From IMG/VR virus record IMGVR_UViG_3300031992_000019: a stretch of DNA of 64,000 nucleotides; one strand, 5' to 3'. Below, one piece after another: positions 17,442 through 26,682 of this stretch (its first letter is position 1; every line of letters begins with the position of its first letter). A model generated the notes under the pieces. The model saw nothing but the letters and a program-made list of their open reading frames with translations. It had not been told where the DNA came from and made no database searches. A program made the position numbers and the translations under genes. Source of the DNA: a virus. Taxonomy: Duplodnaviria; Caudoviricetes.

Positions 17442-17612
17442 TCAATCGGTTTTATTTACATTCATTCTCTTTACCCACTCTTCAAGCGGTTCTTTGCTCT
17501 TGGAGCGGTTCTTGTAGTCGGGGCAATAACTATCATCATTGGTATTGTGCCGCCACATATAGCAATATGCCCCATCGTGCCACCAGCACTTTCTGCATCG
17601 TCCGTGGTTCAT
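17442..17612 (-). CDS. Cys-rich microprotein (56 aa), paralog of 55816-55989
   Basis: MNHGRCRKCWWHDGAYCYM...SYCPDYK...LEEWVK. Confidence 0.7.
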   Translation of the reverse strand: MNHGRCRKCWWHDGAYCYMWRHNTNDDSYCPDYKNRSKSKEPLEEWVKRMNVNKTD

Positions 17613-17737
17613 TCTTCGTCATAGTCGTTAAGTCCGTTCTCATCGCGGTAATATTTCGCGAAGAGGGGACACCTCATACAATCACACCCGCAGTCGGGGT
17701 TCTTCTCACACAATCTCTCTAATTCGTACTCGGTCAT
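17609..17737 (-). CDS. Cys-rich microprotein (42 aa)
   Basis: LCEKNPDCGCDCMRCPLF. Confidence 0.55.
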   Translation of the reverse strand: MTEYELERLCEKNPDCGCDCMRCPLFAKYYRDENGLNDYDEE

Positions 17738-17827
17738 TTTGTTTGCCCTACACGGGACTTTGGTTTATTGGTTGGTAGTTTATGCGTTTGCTTGATAAAG
17801 TCGCACTACGTGCGATAATAGAGGCAT

Positions 17828-18142
17828 CTACACACCTTTGTTCAGATATCGGCGCAAAGCCTTGATATCAACGGTTGAATGAAAGGTGTCGGTTGTTGCA
17901 TCATACTTGGTAGCATTGTTTTCGAGCCACTTGCAAATAAGGTCAAGCATCGTGTCACTACCTGCGATATATGCCGCTCTCGCCAGATTTTCGCTACTTT
18001 TATCATAACAAAAGCAGTTTTCATCTACCCACTTGTCGGCATACTTGTCTATCACATTCTTGCTATTCAACACAATTTCATTTTTATGCTCATCAAAGAA
18101 CTTTTCACTTATAGCCTTAAGGTCAATATTCTTTTTCTTCAT
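17828..18142 (-). CDS. Hypothetical protein
   Basis: AYIAG...ICKWLENNA..Y pattern common in Bacteroidetes phages. Confidence 0.6.
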   Translation of the reverse strand: MKKKNIDLKAISEKFFDEHKNEIVLNSKNVIDKYADKWVDENCFCYDKSSENLARAAYIAGSDTMLDLICKWLENNATKYDATTDTFHSTVDIKALRRYLNKGV

Positions 18143-18161
18143 AGTCCTATTCGATTTCGTT

Positions 18162-18192
18162 TTGTGGGCAAGTGGTTGGCTTGCCCGTTACC
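18162..18192 (-). repeat. 31-nt hairpin repeat, copy C
   Basis: GGTAACGGGCAAG-CCAACCA-CTTGCCCACAA. Confidence 0.75.
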
Positions 18193-18879
18193 TTAAACAT
18201 AAGAATGGTAGTCGTAGCCATCGTGCAAGTTGCGGCACATATCGTCCGTGTTCTTGACATAGGACTTGCAAGCGTCGAGGCTGACCTCAATCGGGGTGAA
18301 ACCCTCGATAACCTTGCAGTTGTCGATGTTGATGTAGAGCTTGTCCTTGCCGTTGGCAAAGGTGTCGCCATACACCAGAGGACGCACGAGAACGAGGTTC
18401 TCATTGGCGCAGGGGATAGTGTACGGACGATAGTTCGCGATGGCGAGGATGGCAGATGCACGCCACCCCATATTGGACTTGCGGGTAGTACCACCGAACT
18501 GGCTCTTGCCCACCCAAGTGACCTTGCCCTTGATGCCCTTGTACTTGCCAGATGTGACCTCGACAATCTGACCGACCTTCTGGACGCGGCGAGAGGCATT
18601 GTATGCCTCAACCTCGGCATTGTACTTGGCTTGGCACTCGGCTGCACGCTTCTCGATACGCGCGGCTACCGACTTGTGGTAGAGAGCCTTGATTTCGTCG
18701 GTCATCGGGACAATCTCGGCATTGGGTTCAAACTTCTCGCCCCAGCCAGAGCCGACCTTTTCGCGGGTAATCTCGCCCGTCTCGATGTCGATATATGTAT
18801 AGACCGTGTACCAAGCGCAAGCCATATCGGTCATTGGGTCATCGTAGTTGTAGGTGCTGATGATAGCAATCTTCTTCAT
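18193..18879 (-). CDS. Early protein with a KOW motif
   Basis: KVGQIVEVTSGKYKGIKGKV; start at MKKIAII after the early leader. Confidence 0.65.
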   Translation of the reverse strand: MKKIAIISTYNYDDPMTDMACAWYTVYTYIDIETGEITREKVGSGWGEKFEPNAEIVPMTDEIKALYHKSVAARIEKRAAECQAKYNAEVEAYNASRRVQKVGQIVEVTSGKYKGIKGKVTWVGKSQFGGTTRKSNMGWRASAILAIANYRPYTIPCANENLVLVRPLVYGDTFANGKDKLYINIDNCKVIEGFTPIEVSLDACKSYVKNTDDMCRNLHDGYDYHSYV

Positions 18880-18888
18880 AGTAGTAAG

Positions 18889-19022
18889 AGTATTAAGAAC
18901 TCGGCTACCCCGCCGTGGGTTTGTCTTGTTTGACACCGCAAAGATACATATTATCATTTAACCATCCAATAGTTTTATAATAATATCCAATATTTTTCCA
19001 ATTATTTAACTTTCTTTAACTT
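18889..19022 (-). promoter_or_regulatory. Early-class promoter and leader
   Basis: GTTAA repeats, ATCCAA half-sites, TATCTTTGCGGTG, leader CCCACGGCGGGGTAGCCGAGTTCTTAATACT. Confidence 0.7.
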
Positions 19023-19060
19023 GGTTTGATAACTATAAATAACAAATGAGGGCGCGTTGT

Positions 19061-19444
19061 TCACGCACCCCCACAAATAACCATTGCTGCTGCTGGAAAC
19101 ATCCTTCTCGCTATCTCGCCTTGAAGATACGCGACCTTCTCGCCCCACGGGTCTAAATCGTAGAACTCGCTCAAGTGGTCGGCTGCGTGTCTTGTCTCGT
19201 GAGAGATGGAATCGTACATCTCTTCCGCGCTATCGGTCTGGGATATGGCGATAATCGTGATGTGCTTCCGAAAGTTCGTGAACGTATATCCGCAATTCAC
19301 GTCTTTAAGAACCTCACAAGCCTCGTCCGCTCCCTTGTCACCCGTCTTTACAAGCCTTCTATGTACGGTGGGCAGATTCCCCTCCCTCACGTCATAATAG
19401 ACGATGAAGTACCAGTCCTTCAAGCCGAACCCTTGGGTAATCAT
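19061..19444 (-). CDS. Zincin-like HExxH protein
   Basis: SISHETRH...E.VAYLQG. Confidence 0.65.
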   Translation of the reverse strand: MITQGFGLKDWYFIVYYDVREGNLPTVHRRLVKTGDKGADEACEVLKDVNCGYTFTNFRKHITIIAISQTDSAEEMYDSISHETRHAADHLSEFYDLDPWGEKVAYLQGEIARRMFPAAAMVICGGA

Positions 19445-19833
19445 AGAAACCTCTCCCACATGATAGGCACACCCGCCTTGGTCGTCTTCGCTTGAAAGCA
19501 ATCCAAGACATCGGACGGGTCGCCATCGGGGTCGATGAGGGTTTCCTCGACAAACGAACACTTGAGTTTGTCAGTACCCAAGGTCTTCGGGTAGTCGGCG
19601 ATAGCCATCATAAAGAGGTAATAGGCGGTGTAGATGAGCTGCTCTGGGAGTTCCACTCCGTTGGTCTTGAGTATCTCCTCCACCTCCTCCACGCTCCTTG
19701 GTGTCAAAGGCTTCATCTTTCCCGACACATCCCTCATCCTCATATTGTCAACCGCCCATTTTGCGAGTTTGCGGCTGAACAACCCTTGGTAGGTGTCGCG
19801 GTAGATGGCCTCCTCATCGGACATATACCTCAT
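19441..19833 (-). CDS. Cassette hypothetical protein
   Basis: FSRKLAKWAV..M...Y..MMAIADY...DPDG...PIMWE. Confidence 0.7.
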   Translation of the reverse strand: MRYMSDEEAIYRDTYQGLFSRKLAKWAVDNMRMRDVSGKMKPLTPRSVEEVEEILKTNGVELPEQLIYTAYYLFMMAIADYPKTLGTDKLKCSFVEETLIDPDGDPSDVLDCFQAKTTKAGVPIMWERFL

Positions 19834-19979
19834 TTGTGTTCCTTCTCGCAGTCCTTCCAACCCTGTTCGTAACCCTTCTCGTAACCATCGCGGTAGTTGG
19901 AGCCAGTGCCACGCATGTTCCTGCGCATTTGCGAGCGCATCTCTTCTTCGTTTTCCTTATCTACGAAAATCCATCCCAT
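19830..19979 (-). CDS. 49-aa charged cassette peptide
   Basis: Own translation MGWIFVDKENEEEMRSQMRRNMR...YRDGYEKGYEQGWKDC; ATGA coupling. Confidence 0.6.
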   Translation of the reverse strand: MGWIFVDKENEEEMRSQMRRNMRGTGSNYRDGYEKGYEQGWKDCEKEHK

Positions 19980-19994
19980 AGTTTTGTAAGTTTT

Positions 19995-20543
19995 TTAGGA
20001 TTCCTTCTTCTTGGTGAGTTGCCGAAGCATTTGCAGCATCTCCGTGTTCTGCGCCTTGAGTTCCGAGAGTTGCTTGTCTTGCGCGTCCTGCTTCTCTTGG
20101 AGGGACTGGATGACCCTCGCGTTCTGCTTCGACTCCGCGTACTGCGGATTAAGACCCTCGACCATCTTCTCGAACTCGGGGAGTGCCCTATTGTGGTAGG
20201 GTACTTGCGACAATGCCTTCTTCGACTCTTGCATCATCCCGTCGATGGCTTGGAGCATAGCCTCGCGACTGCCAGAGAAGACCATATCGCCCTTTGAGGC
20301 AATCTCCACACCCAAGGGTATGTCGGTGAAGGTGATGTCCTTTCCGTTAACGGATGCGATGATGTCAATCACTTGCTGCGTCTGTAGTCCCGCCATCAGG
20401 TTAGGGGTCTGTGTGGGAAACTTGACGTGAGGCTGGCTCTTTGACTTGACGATGCCCATTTCGAGGGTGGGAGTGCCTTCGAGCATGTCACCCCTTTTAA
20501 GAATGTAGAACGGATTACCGCTCCCAAGACTGTTGAAATCCAT
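19995..20543 (-). CDS. Cassette protein, beta-rich N-terminus plus coiled coil
   Basis: ORF track; heptad-rich C-terminus. Confidence 0.7.
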   Translation of the reverse strand: MDFNSLGSGNPFYILKRGDMLEGTPTLEMGIVKSKSQPHVKFPTQTPNLMAGLQTQQVIDIIASVNGKDITFTDIPLGVEIASKGDMVFSGSREAMLQAIDGMMQESKKALSQVPYHNRALPEFEKMVEGLNPQYAESKQNARVIQSLQEKQDAQDKQLSELKAQNTEMLQMLRQLTKKKES

Positions 20544-20545
20544 AG

Positions 20546-20881
20546 TTAGACGATTGTTCTCGACATCAACTGAAGGATGCCGTCAAATTTGTTGTTATAC
20601 ACAAGAATCGCACCAGTACCGCCGATGAGTTCTGCCACGGTTACGGGCGTGCCGTCGAAAAGGGTAAGCGGACGGATGACACCTCCCATCGAAAGATTGA
20701 CGGGAAGGGTTGCCGTTGTTCCAGTTGGAATTGCATCGTTGATGTGCAAAGTAAAATATCCTACAGGCTGCAACCTGCGCAACCCGAGGGAAATATCCAC
20801 ACTCTCAGTTCCGACGGTTGTTTTAGTGGATTCAATCAGCGGAATACCACCTGCATTCGTTGTAACGTTGAAACAATTCAT
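20546..20881 (-). CDS. Cassette beta-sandwich-like protein
   Basis: ORF track; Thr/Gly-rich beta pattern. Confidence 0.7.
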   Translation of the reverse strand: MNCFNVTTNAGGIPLIESTKTTVGTESVDISLGLRRLQPVGYFTLHINDAIPTGTTATLPVNLSMGGVIRPLTLFDGTPVTVAELIGGTGAILVYNNKFDGILQLMSRTIV

Positions 20882-20906
20882 GCTTTTACCTCCTTTCCGC
20901 TAAATG

Positions 20907-21773
20907 TTAGAATACCACGTTACCGCCGAAGCCGTTGAAACCGAAACCACCAAAGGCAGAACCTGCGTAGGGAGTGGTATTGACCGCCTGAACATTTGGC
21001 CATTGCACTGGGATTGTCGAAGGCATCTTGTCGGCAATCTCCGTGATGGTCTTCTGGATTGGAGAAATGACGCTATTGACATAACCGATGATTTGGTTAC
21101 TTTGAGCGGCATTGTCAATCTGCCCACGGAGCTGCGTGATGATTTCAGCCTGGGTGTCAATCTTTGTCTGGAGTTCACGCTCCTTCAAGGCACAGAACTG
21201 GTCGTTCATTGCGATGGTCTGCTGATTGATGGCGTTGAGTACCGCGTTGTGGTTGCGGTCTGCCTGCGACTGAAGGGTGTTGGTCTGCTGGCACATTGCC
21301 AACTGATTATCGCAACAGCACTTCTGGAATGCGCTCATAAGCGATGCGTCACCGCTCTGAATCGAGTTGATAATCTGAGGAACGCTTACGGCCTGCTGGA
21401 GTGCGAGGTTGGAGAGGGCGTTCTGCACATTGGCTACACCCGCGTTGACGAGGTTGAAGTCCTGACCGAGGGTGGTGGCGAGTGCTTGGATAGCGGAACG
21501 CGATGCCTCACCCTGCGATGTTACGGCCTGCATAATGAGTTCACGGCTGCTGTCGTTGTTGATGAGGTTGCCGAGGTAGGCCGAATTGCCTCCACCGAAG
21601 CCACCAAGGCCGTTGTTGCCCCACCCGAACATAGACGCGATGATAGCAAGTCCGAAGAGGTCGGCGATGGAGTTGAAGCCGTTGCCGAACATGCCATTTC
21701 CCCCGATAGGGATAGAGAATGGAATATTGCCATTGCCGCCACCATTCTCTGGAATCTGATAGATTTCTGCCAT
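20907..21773 (-). CDS. Gly-rich/hydrophobic N-terminus plus coiled coil with CCC motif
   Basis: LFGLAIIASMFGWGNNGLGGFGGG; QKCCCD; long Q/N-rich heptads; own promoter at 21821-21828. Confidence 0.8.
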   Translation of the reverse strand: MAEIYQIPENGGGNGNIPFSIPIGGNGMFGNGFNSIADLFGLAIIASMFGWGNNGLGGFGGGNSAYLGNLINNDSSRELIMQAVTSQGEASRSAIQALATTLGQDFNLVNAGVANVQNALSNLALQQAVSVPQIINSIQSGDASLMSAFQKCCCDNQLAMCQQTNTLQSQADRNHNAVLNAINQQTIAMNDQFCALKERELQTKIDTQAEIITQLRGQIDNAAQSNQIIGYVNSVISPIQKTITEIADKMPSTIPVQWPNVQAVNTTPYAGSAFGGFGFNGFGGNVVF

Positions 21774-21887
21774 AAAAAATGAGATTAGGTTAAACAATAT
21801 GTCTTTCGCGATTGACGATGCAAATATATCGAAAGACCTTCTTGTTTCCTAATCCCATTCGGAAAATTAGCCGTCAAAAAAAGGGGG

Positions 21888-22118
21888 TCAACCGACCTCC
21901 CTCTTGAATCTCCTTATTATCCTTTCTACCGATGTGGCACTCAACCCGTTCTTCCTTGCGAGTTCATCGACCGCCACGCGGTATTTTACATTATTATTTC
22001 TCATCTCCTCAAACTCGTCATATAGGCTCACGTATCTCCAGTCATTTATCGTGCCGTCATATTGTGACATCAATTTTAACATTTCGGCACATAGGAGGAC
22101 AATGTTTGCAAACTTCAT
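21888..22118 (-). CDS. Small HTH protein heading the cassette
   Basis: VDELARKNGLSATSVERIIRRF. Confidence 0.65.
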   Translation of the reverse strand: MKFANIVLLCAEMLKLMSQYDGTINDWRYVSLYDEFEEMRNNNVKYRVAVDELARKNGLSATSVERIIRRFKREVG

Positions 22119-22128
22119 ATTGCAGCGT

Positions 22129-22413
22129 TTACCCAAAAATAAGATACCTCAACAACTCTGCAACACCAAACACTCCCATCCAAATGATATCGTTCATGTC
22201 TGGCTGCTCGTCCATCTTCTCCCTCAAGTAACCGAAGCCTACCATCAAGCCAAGTCCGAGGACACCACCGAAGAACCCGAAATGCTCGAAAAGACAAATG
22301 ACATACGCGGTAAAGAACCCGTGGGCGAGCTTGTCATGCCCGAGTTTCTCGACAATTTTAGTCGGAAACGTGTTCGTAAGATACGAAACAATACTCTTGA
22401 ATCTCTCCTTCAT
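22129..22413 (-). CDS. Small membrane protein (DKxxH, VanZ/YfiM-like)
   Basis: HDKLAH, hydrophobic segments, RE..D...D.ND. Confidence 0.55.
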   Translation of the reverse strand: MKERFKSIVSYLTNTFPTKIVEKLGHDKLAHGFFTAYVICLFEHFGFFGGVLGLGLMVGFGYLREKMDEQPDMNDIIWMGVFGVAELLRYLIFG

Positions 22414-22510
22414 TTTAATAGATTTTAATGTTTAGGTGCGCAAAGATAATAACAAATTGCCGTTTTTGCAAATTATTTGTGGAATAATTTTATTAAAACG
22501 TGAAAATTTC

Positions 22511-22873
22511 TTAATTCTTGTCCAGCGAGAGGTCTATCACCGCCTTGGCGAAACCCTCCCCCTTCTTTTCTTGCTTTGTCCTTGGGACGATATCAAACAC
22601 GTCGGAGTCAAGCGCGGACATCATTTCCTTCATATAGTTCTCGAAGACATCGACCCTATATCGACCCGTGTATTTCTGGTCTTTCCCCTCGTAGATGAAG
22701 GTTATCTCATTTTCATCTTCCCCGCCGATTGAAAAGTCCTCGATGAAGGTCTTGTTACCCCTCGGGTCAACGAGAATAACAGTTATATCCCTACCAAGGA
22801 GGCTTATGCTCTCCCCCTCGGTAAGGACTGCCATCTTGATTTCAAGTGTCGTGTATATCCTCTTGCTATACAT
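22511..22873 (-). CDS. Tail adaptor-like protein, paralog of 25635-26228
   Basis: Shared VLT.GES.SL.GRDI.V.LVDPRGN...YEGK.Q..TG.YR...ENYM...VPRTK. Confidence 0.7.
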   Translation of the reverse strand: MYSKRIYTTLEIKMAVLTEGESISLLGRDITVILVDPRGNKTFIEDFSIGGEDENEITFIYEGKDQKYTGRYRVDVFENYMKEMMSALDSDVFDIVPRTKQEKKGEGFAKAVIDLSLDKN

Positions 22874-22874
22874 A

Positions 22875-24647
22875 CTAATGATTGTTATACGTGTGAGTGC
22901 CTATGTCCAAGGTAAAGGGTAGTGACTGAATGGCGGTGTCTGCTTTCCCCAAGGATGTCTGCACCGCACTTGCGAGGTCGGTCTTGGGTATTCCTCCGCT
23001 CGGCTTTTGATATGCCGTTGCACCAGCAGATGCTCCACTGCGAATGGTTGCCAAATCGCTAATGGTGTCTTGCTTGCCAGAGATAGCAGTCTTGACGAAT
23101 GCCGTGGTCGCTATTTGCGTGGAGTTCGTGCTTGCGGCTGCGGTTGGCGCGGTTGGAGTTCCTGTTAATGTGGGACTCGCTAAAGGTGCATAAGAGGTAG
23201 AATCAAGAGTGCCATCACCTTTTACAAATTGTGAAGAAGTTGCCCCTCTCGTTATGAACTTGGCGGCGGTAACGTGGTCGCTATCGTTGATGGTCACTCC
23301 GCTATTCTGTACCGCACCAGATGTCCCGTCGAACCTCACGACGGCATTGTCGGTGGATGTCACCTTATCAACCTTTCCGTTCCAACTTGTTATGTCGGCA
23401 CTTGTTATATTAGCCGCAGGACTTGCGCTGAATACGGGGTCGGTCTCTTGTTCGACAAGGTATTGCCTTACCTTCCCGTCCTTGAAATAGTATATCGGAT
23501 GGAACGGATAGAGCTGAATGCAATAGGTGTTGTAGGCATTTCCAAGTAGGATATACACCTTTCCGTCATCCGTGGAGGGAAGCGTCTGTGTGTGCCACAC
23601 GTCTGCAAGGTAGAATAGTCCGTCACTCCCAACCGTTCCGACAAGATACACCTCCCTATGCGTTGTAAGCGTTGTGCCGCAGTTCGTGGAATACCTCAAG
23701 TCCATAGGTATGGACAAATAAGGGCTACTAATATTCGCCGTGTTAGCCGCTCCCGCCGAACTTTATGACCAGTAATAGATGGGACTATCAATCCTAAATC
23801 CTATTGTTTTTTTGGTCTTGTTCGTTCCCACTCCGCTATTCGTAGCGGGGAAGCAATCCCATGAGCCTACGTTATTTTGCATAATCAGCGAATATGCAAA
23901 CAACCCGTTGGCACTCATCGGCCCGACACCTCCGTTGTATATAAGTCTATCGGTTTGGTTGACATCACCAGAATGCGTGTCGCCTTGGGTGGTGGCATTG
24001 AGTGTGGTCTCTCCGCTATAATTGGTGCTCCCAGTTCCTGTTACGTTGGCATACTTCGTCATCGTGTCGAAGAGCGTAAACGTGCCGTTTGAGATTTCAA
24101 GTACCTCTACATCGAATGTCCTCGCGTTGGCTGCTGTTGTCGGATTGTAAGAGGAGTTGAGTCCTATTCCCAACAAATGACCATAACCAGCATTGAATCC
24201 CGTTTCTGTTGCGAGATACCTATAATGATAATAGTATGGTCTATATGAGGTGTTGCCTATGTAGTTCCACACTCCGTAGGCGGTCTGCGTGTTTCTCGTG
24301 AATGCGACCTTGAGGATAGATACGGCGGTTCCCGAGTTTACTCCGCTTATCTTTGCGGTGATTCGGTAGGTAATTATACAAGGAAAGTTCCAGTCCGTTG
24401 GATTGACACTCAAGAAATAGAACACCGCCCCAGGGTTGTTGTTGGCAGTTCCTATTACATTGGTGTAGGTCTTGGATTGGAGTATAGTTAATGCTCCCGC
24501 TTGCGTAGCATACGGGACTGTTATGTTATTTGTCGTGCCGTTCTTGGTGTAGGTGAGGTCATTCCCACTTACACCAATACTTGACACGAAGGCTGATTTT
24601 ATCTTGCTCCATAGATAGGTCAGCCCAGCCTTGTCGAGGATAAACAT
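22875..24647 (-). pseudogene. Tail fibre-like gene split by one in-frame TAA (23763-23765)
   Basis: Track ORFs 23763..24647 and 22875..23717 share a frame: YYWS*SSAGAANTANISSPYLSIPMDL. Confidence 0.7.
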
Positions 24648-24648
24648 A

Positions 24649-25629
24649 TTATACCGCTATTGCGTCAATCTCCGCGTTGGTGATGGATTGGATGTCGAGG
24701 TTCGTCTGTACTACCGAGAAGTCGGATGCTTGATATGCCGCGTCGAAGTCAGCGATGCAGTAAATCATATCGCCCACCTCACACGTCTGCCCTACGTATG
24801 TTCCCGCCGTCTTGACAACCCAATACCAGCCTTTCTTGTAGTCGGAGAGTCCAGTGATGGCGGTAGCCGAGGTTATTGCCCCTTGGAACATTGCCGCTCC
24901 TGTCTGCGCGGTGGCTATCGCGCTCGTCACGAAGGCGGTGGTGGCAATCTGCGTGGTATTAGTGCCAGCCGTAGCCGTAGGAGCAGTGGGAATACCCGTG
25001 AGCGCAGGACTCGCCAAGGGTGCGCGTGTGGTGTCGGTGGGGTGTACGTGGTCGCCCTTCGCCCATTTCGTCTCCGTTCCCACTGCCGCCGTGCCGTTGG
25101 CTTTCGGGGTGGTGGTGGTGGCTACTGGGAGGTCACTCTGCTGCATTGCCGAGTCTGCCTTGTCAAGAGATGTCTGCACCGCAGTTGAAAGGTCTGATAG
25201 CGGAACACCGCCACTTGGTTTCTGGTATGCCGTAGCACCCGCCGAAGCACCGCTCCTTATGGTGGCAAGGTCACTAATGACATCTTGCTTGGAGGAGTCG
25301 CTCGGGTGCTTGTGGTCGCCACGCGCAAAGGCGGTCTCGCTACCTGCCGATGCCACTCCGTCCATGAGAGGTGTAGTAGTGGATGCCGCAGCACCCTCGG
25401 GGACTTGCGAAAGAGTGATGAACCCAACATCATTGGTGAGATGCGAAGTGTTGGTGGGGATATTCATCTCCGCAGCACCGTCCGTGACATTGATGGTGGT
25501 GTGCTTGCCCGCCGTGGTCTTGACACTCGTTATAGTACCAGTATTGGTGGTGTAGCCTTTAGCCTCCACCCAAGCCTTGATTTTACTCCAGAAGTAAAGT
25601 AGGCCATTGGAATCAAGATATTTGCTCAT
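24649..25629 (-). CDS. Fibre protein
   Basis: YLDSNGLLYFWSKIK start, ARGDH.HP repeats, APLASPALTG.PTAPT...QIATTAFV fibre motif. Confidence 0.8.
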   Translation of the reverse strand: MSKYLDSNGLLYFWSKIKAWVEAKGYTTNTGTITSVKTTAGKHTTINVTDGAAEMNIPTNTSHLTNDVGFITLSQVPEGAAASTTTPLMDGVASAGSETAFARGDHKHPSDSSKQDVISDLATIRSGASAGATAYQKPSGGVPLSDLSTAVQTSLDKADSAMQQSDLPVATTTTPKANGTAAVGTETKWAKGDHVHPTDTTRAPLASPALTGIPTAPTATAGTNTTQIATTAFVTSAIATAQTGAAMFQGAITSATAITGLSDYKKGWYWVVKTAGTYVGQTCEVGDMIYCIADFDAAYQASDFSVVQTNLDIQSITNAEIDAIAV

Positions 25630-25634
25630 TTTTC

Positions 25635-26228
25635 TTAAAAGTTTAGTAATGCGTCTATTTCCATATTTGTCAGTGCGTCACCCGTGGTTATGAAGTCGGA
25701 TGGGTCGGCGGCTTCGCCATCGTCGCCCTTTTCGCCCTTCTCCCCGTTCTTCACATAGAAATCCTTCTCTACGTCATTGTCGAGGATAACGGTGACTACG
25801 TTTGTTCCTCCGCTCACTTCCGAGGTTGTGGTCTGGACAATATCCTTTATTCCTATGCCGTCCTTTCCGCACACCATAAGGTTTCCAGCAGAGATGTCTA
25901 TCGTCTCTATCGCGAGGTCATCAATGTCATCATTCTCCATCTTTGTCCTCGGGACAAGCTCAAAGCAGTCCACGTCGAGGGAGGCCATGTTGTCCTCCAT
26001 GTAGTTCTCATATATCTCCGTGCGATATACTCCCGTGAACTCCTGAACCTTGCCCTCATAGACGTAGGTGATGATGTTGCTCTCCACACGGAAGGATGGC
26101 TCAAACTGATTACCTCGGGGGTCAACCAAGAACACCTTGATGTCCCTTCCCTCAAGGCTTCTGCTCTCACCGCCCGTAAGTACGGATATCCTTAATTGGA
26201 GTGTGGAGTTTATCCTCTTCTTCCTCAT
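25635..26228 (-). CDS. Tail adaptor with short collagen-like segment
   Basis: GEKGEKGDDG; paralog of 22511-22873. Confidence 0.7.
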   Translation of the reverse strand: MRKKRINSTLQLRISVLTGGESRSLEGRDIKVFLVDPRGNQFEPSFRVESNIITYVYEGKVQEFTGVYRTEIYENYMEDNMASLDVDCFELVPRTKMENDDIDDLAIETIDISAGNLMVCGKDGIGIKDIVQTTTSEVSGGTNVVTVILDNDVEKDFYVKNGEKGEKGDDGEAADPSDFITTGDALTNMEIDALLNF

Positions 26229-26229
26229 G

Positions 26230-26682
26230 TTAGAAATCGTTGAAGGTGTTTGTGCCGATGTCCGCGTTCATCCCGCTCTTGGCGCGTATCGTATAAGTGG
26301 TCTTTTCGAGTGTTATGTCCCCCTCCGTCTTTCGCGAGAAGTAATATGTCCCGTTGACTGGAATCTTGAATGACGTATTGCCGCTCTTCGAGGTGAATAT
26401 CACCCCTTGGGAATTTAATATGCTATACCCGATGGGAAGGGTTATCAAGTCCCGCTTGTTGAGGGTCACGTTCTCGGTGGCATACGACCCGCTCCTTAAT
26501 GTGGTTGGATAGACAAGTGTTTCGGTGTCGCTTTCCACGAACTCGCCAAGGACATCATCCACCTCCCCAAGTTTCTGGTACAACGGAAGTCTGCGAGTAC
26601 CGTCCGTGACGCTCACAGCCTCCGCTACCGTTATCGGGTAAAATACTTGGTTCTTGTTCGTTATCCTCTTTATCCTTCCCAT
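26230..26682 (-). CDS. Tail-associated protein
   Basis: FYPITVAEAV fibre-type N-terminal motif. Confidence 0.6.
   Translation of the reverse strand: MGRIKRITNKNQVFYPITVAEAVSVTDGTRRLPLYQKLGEVDDVLGEFVESDTETLVYPTTLRSGSYATENVTLNKRDLITLPIGYSILNSQGVIFTSKSGNTSFKIPVNGTYYFSRKTEGDITLEKTTYTIRAKSGMNADIGTNTFNDF

Noticed and set aside
20904-21782. Plus-strand ORFs overlapping minus-strand genes (also 18172, 26829, 46019, 47845)
   Set aside because: Antisense shadows without promoters or motifs
22440-22505. Late operator at the 22.4-kb promoter
   Set aside because: No GCAC-N11-GTGC at the expected 42-44 bp position
11232-23765. Stop-codon reassignment explaining the in-frame stops
   Set aside because: The two stops differ (TGA, TAA), all three stops end genes normally, long genes are intact and no suppressor tRNA was seen
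22875-25629. Diversity-generating retroelement TR/VR pair
   Set aside because: No reverse transcriptase seen; shared blocks differ at synonymous positions generally, not only at adenines
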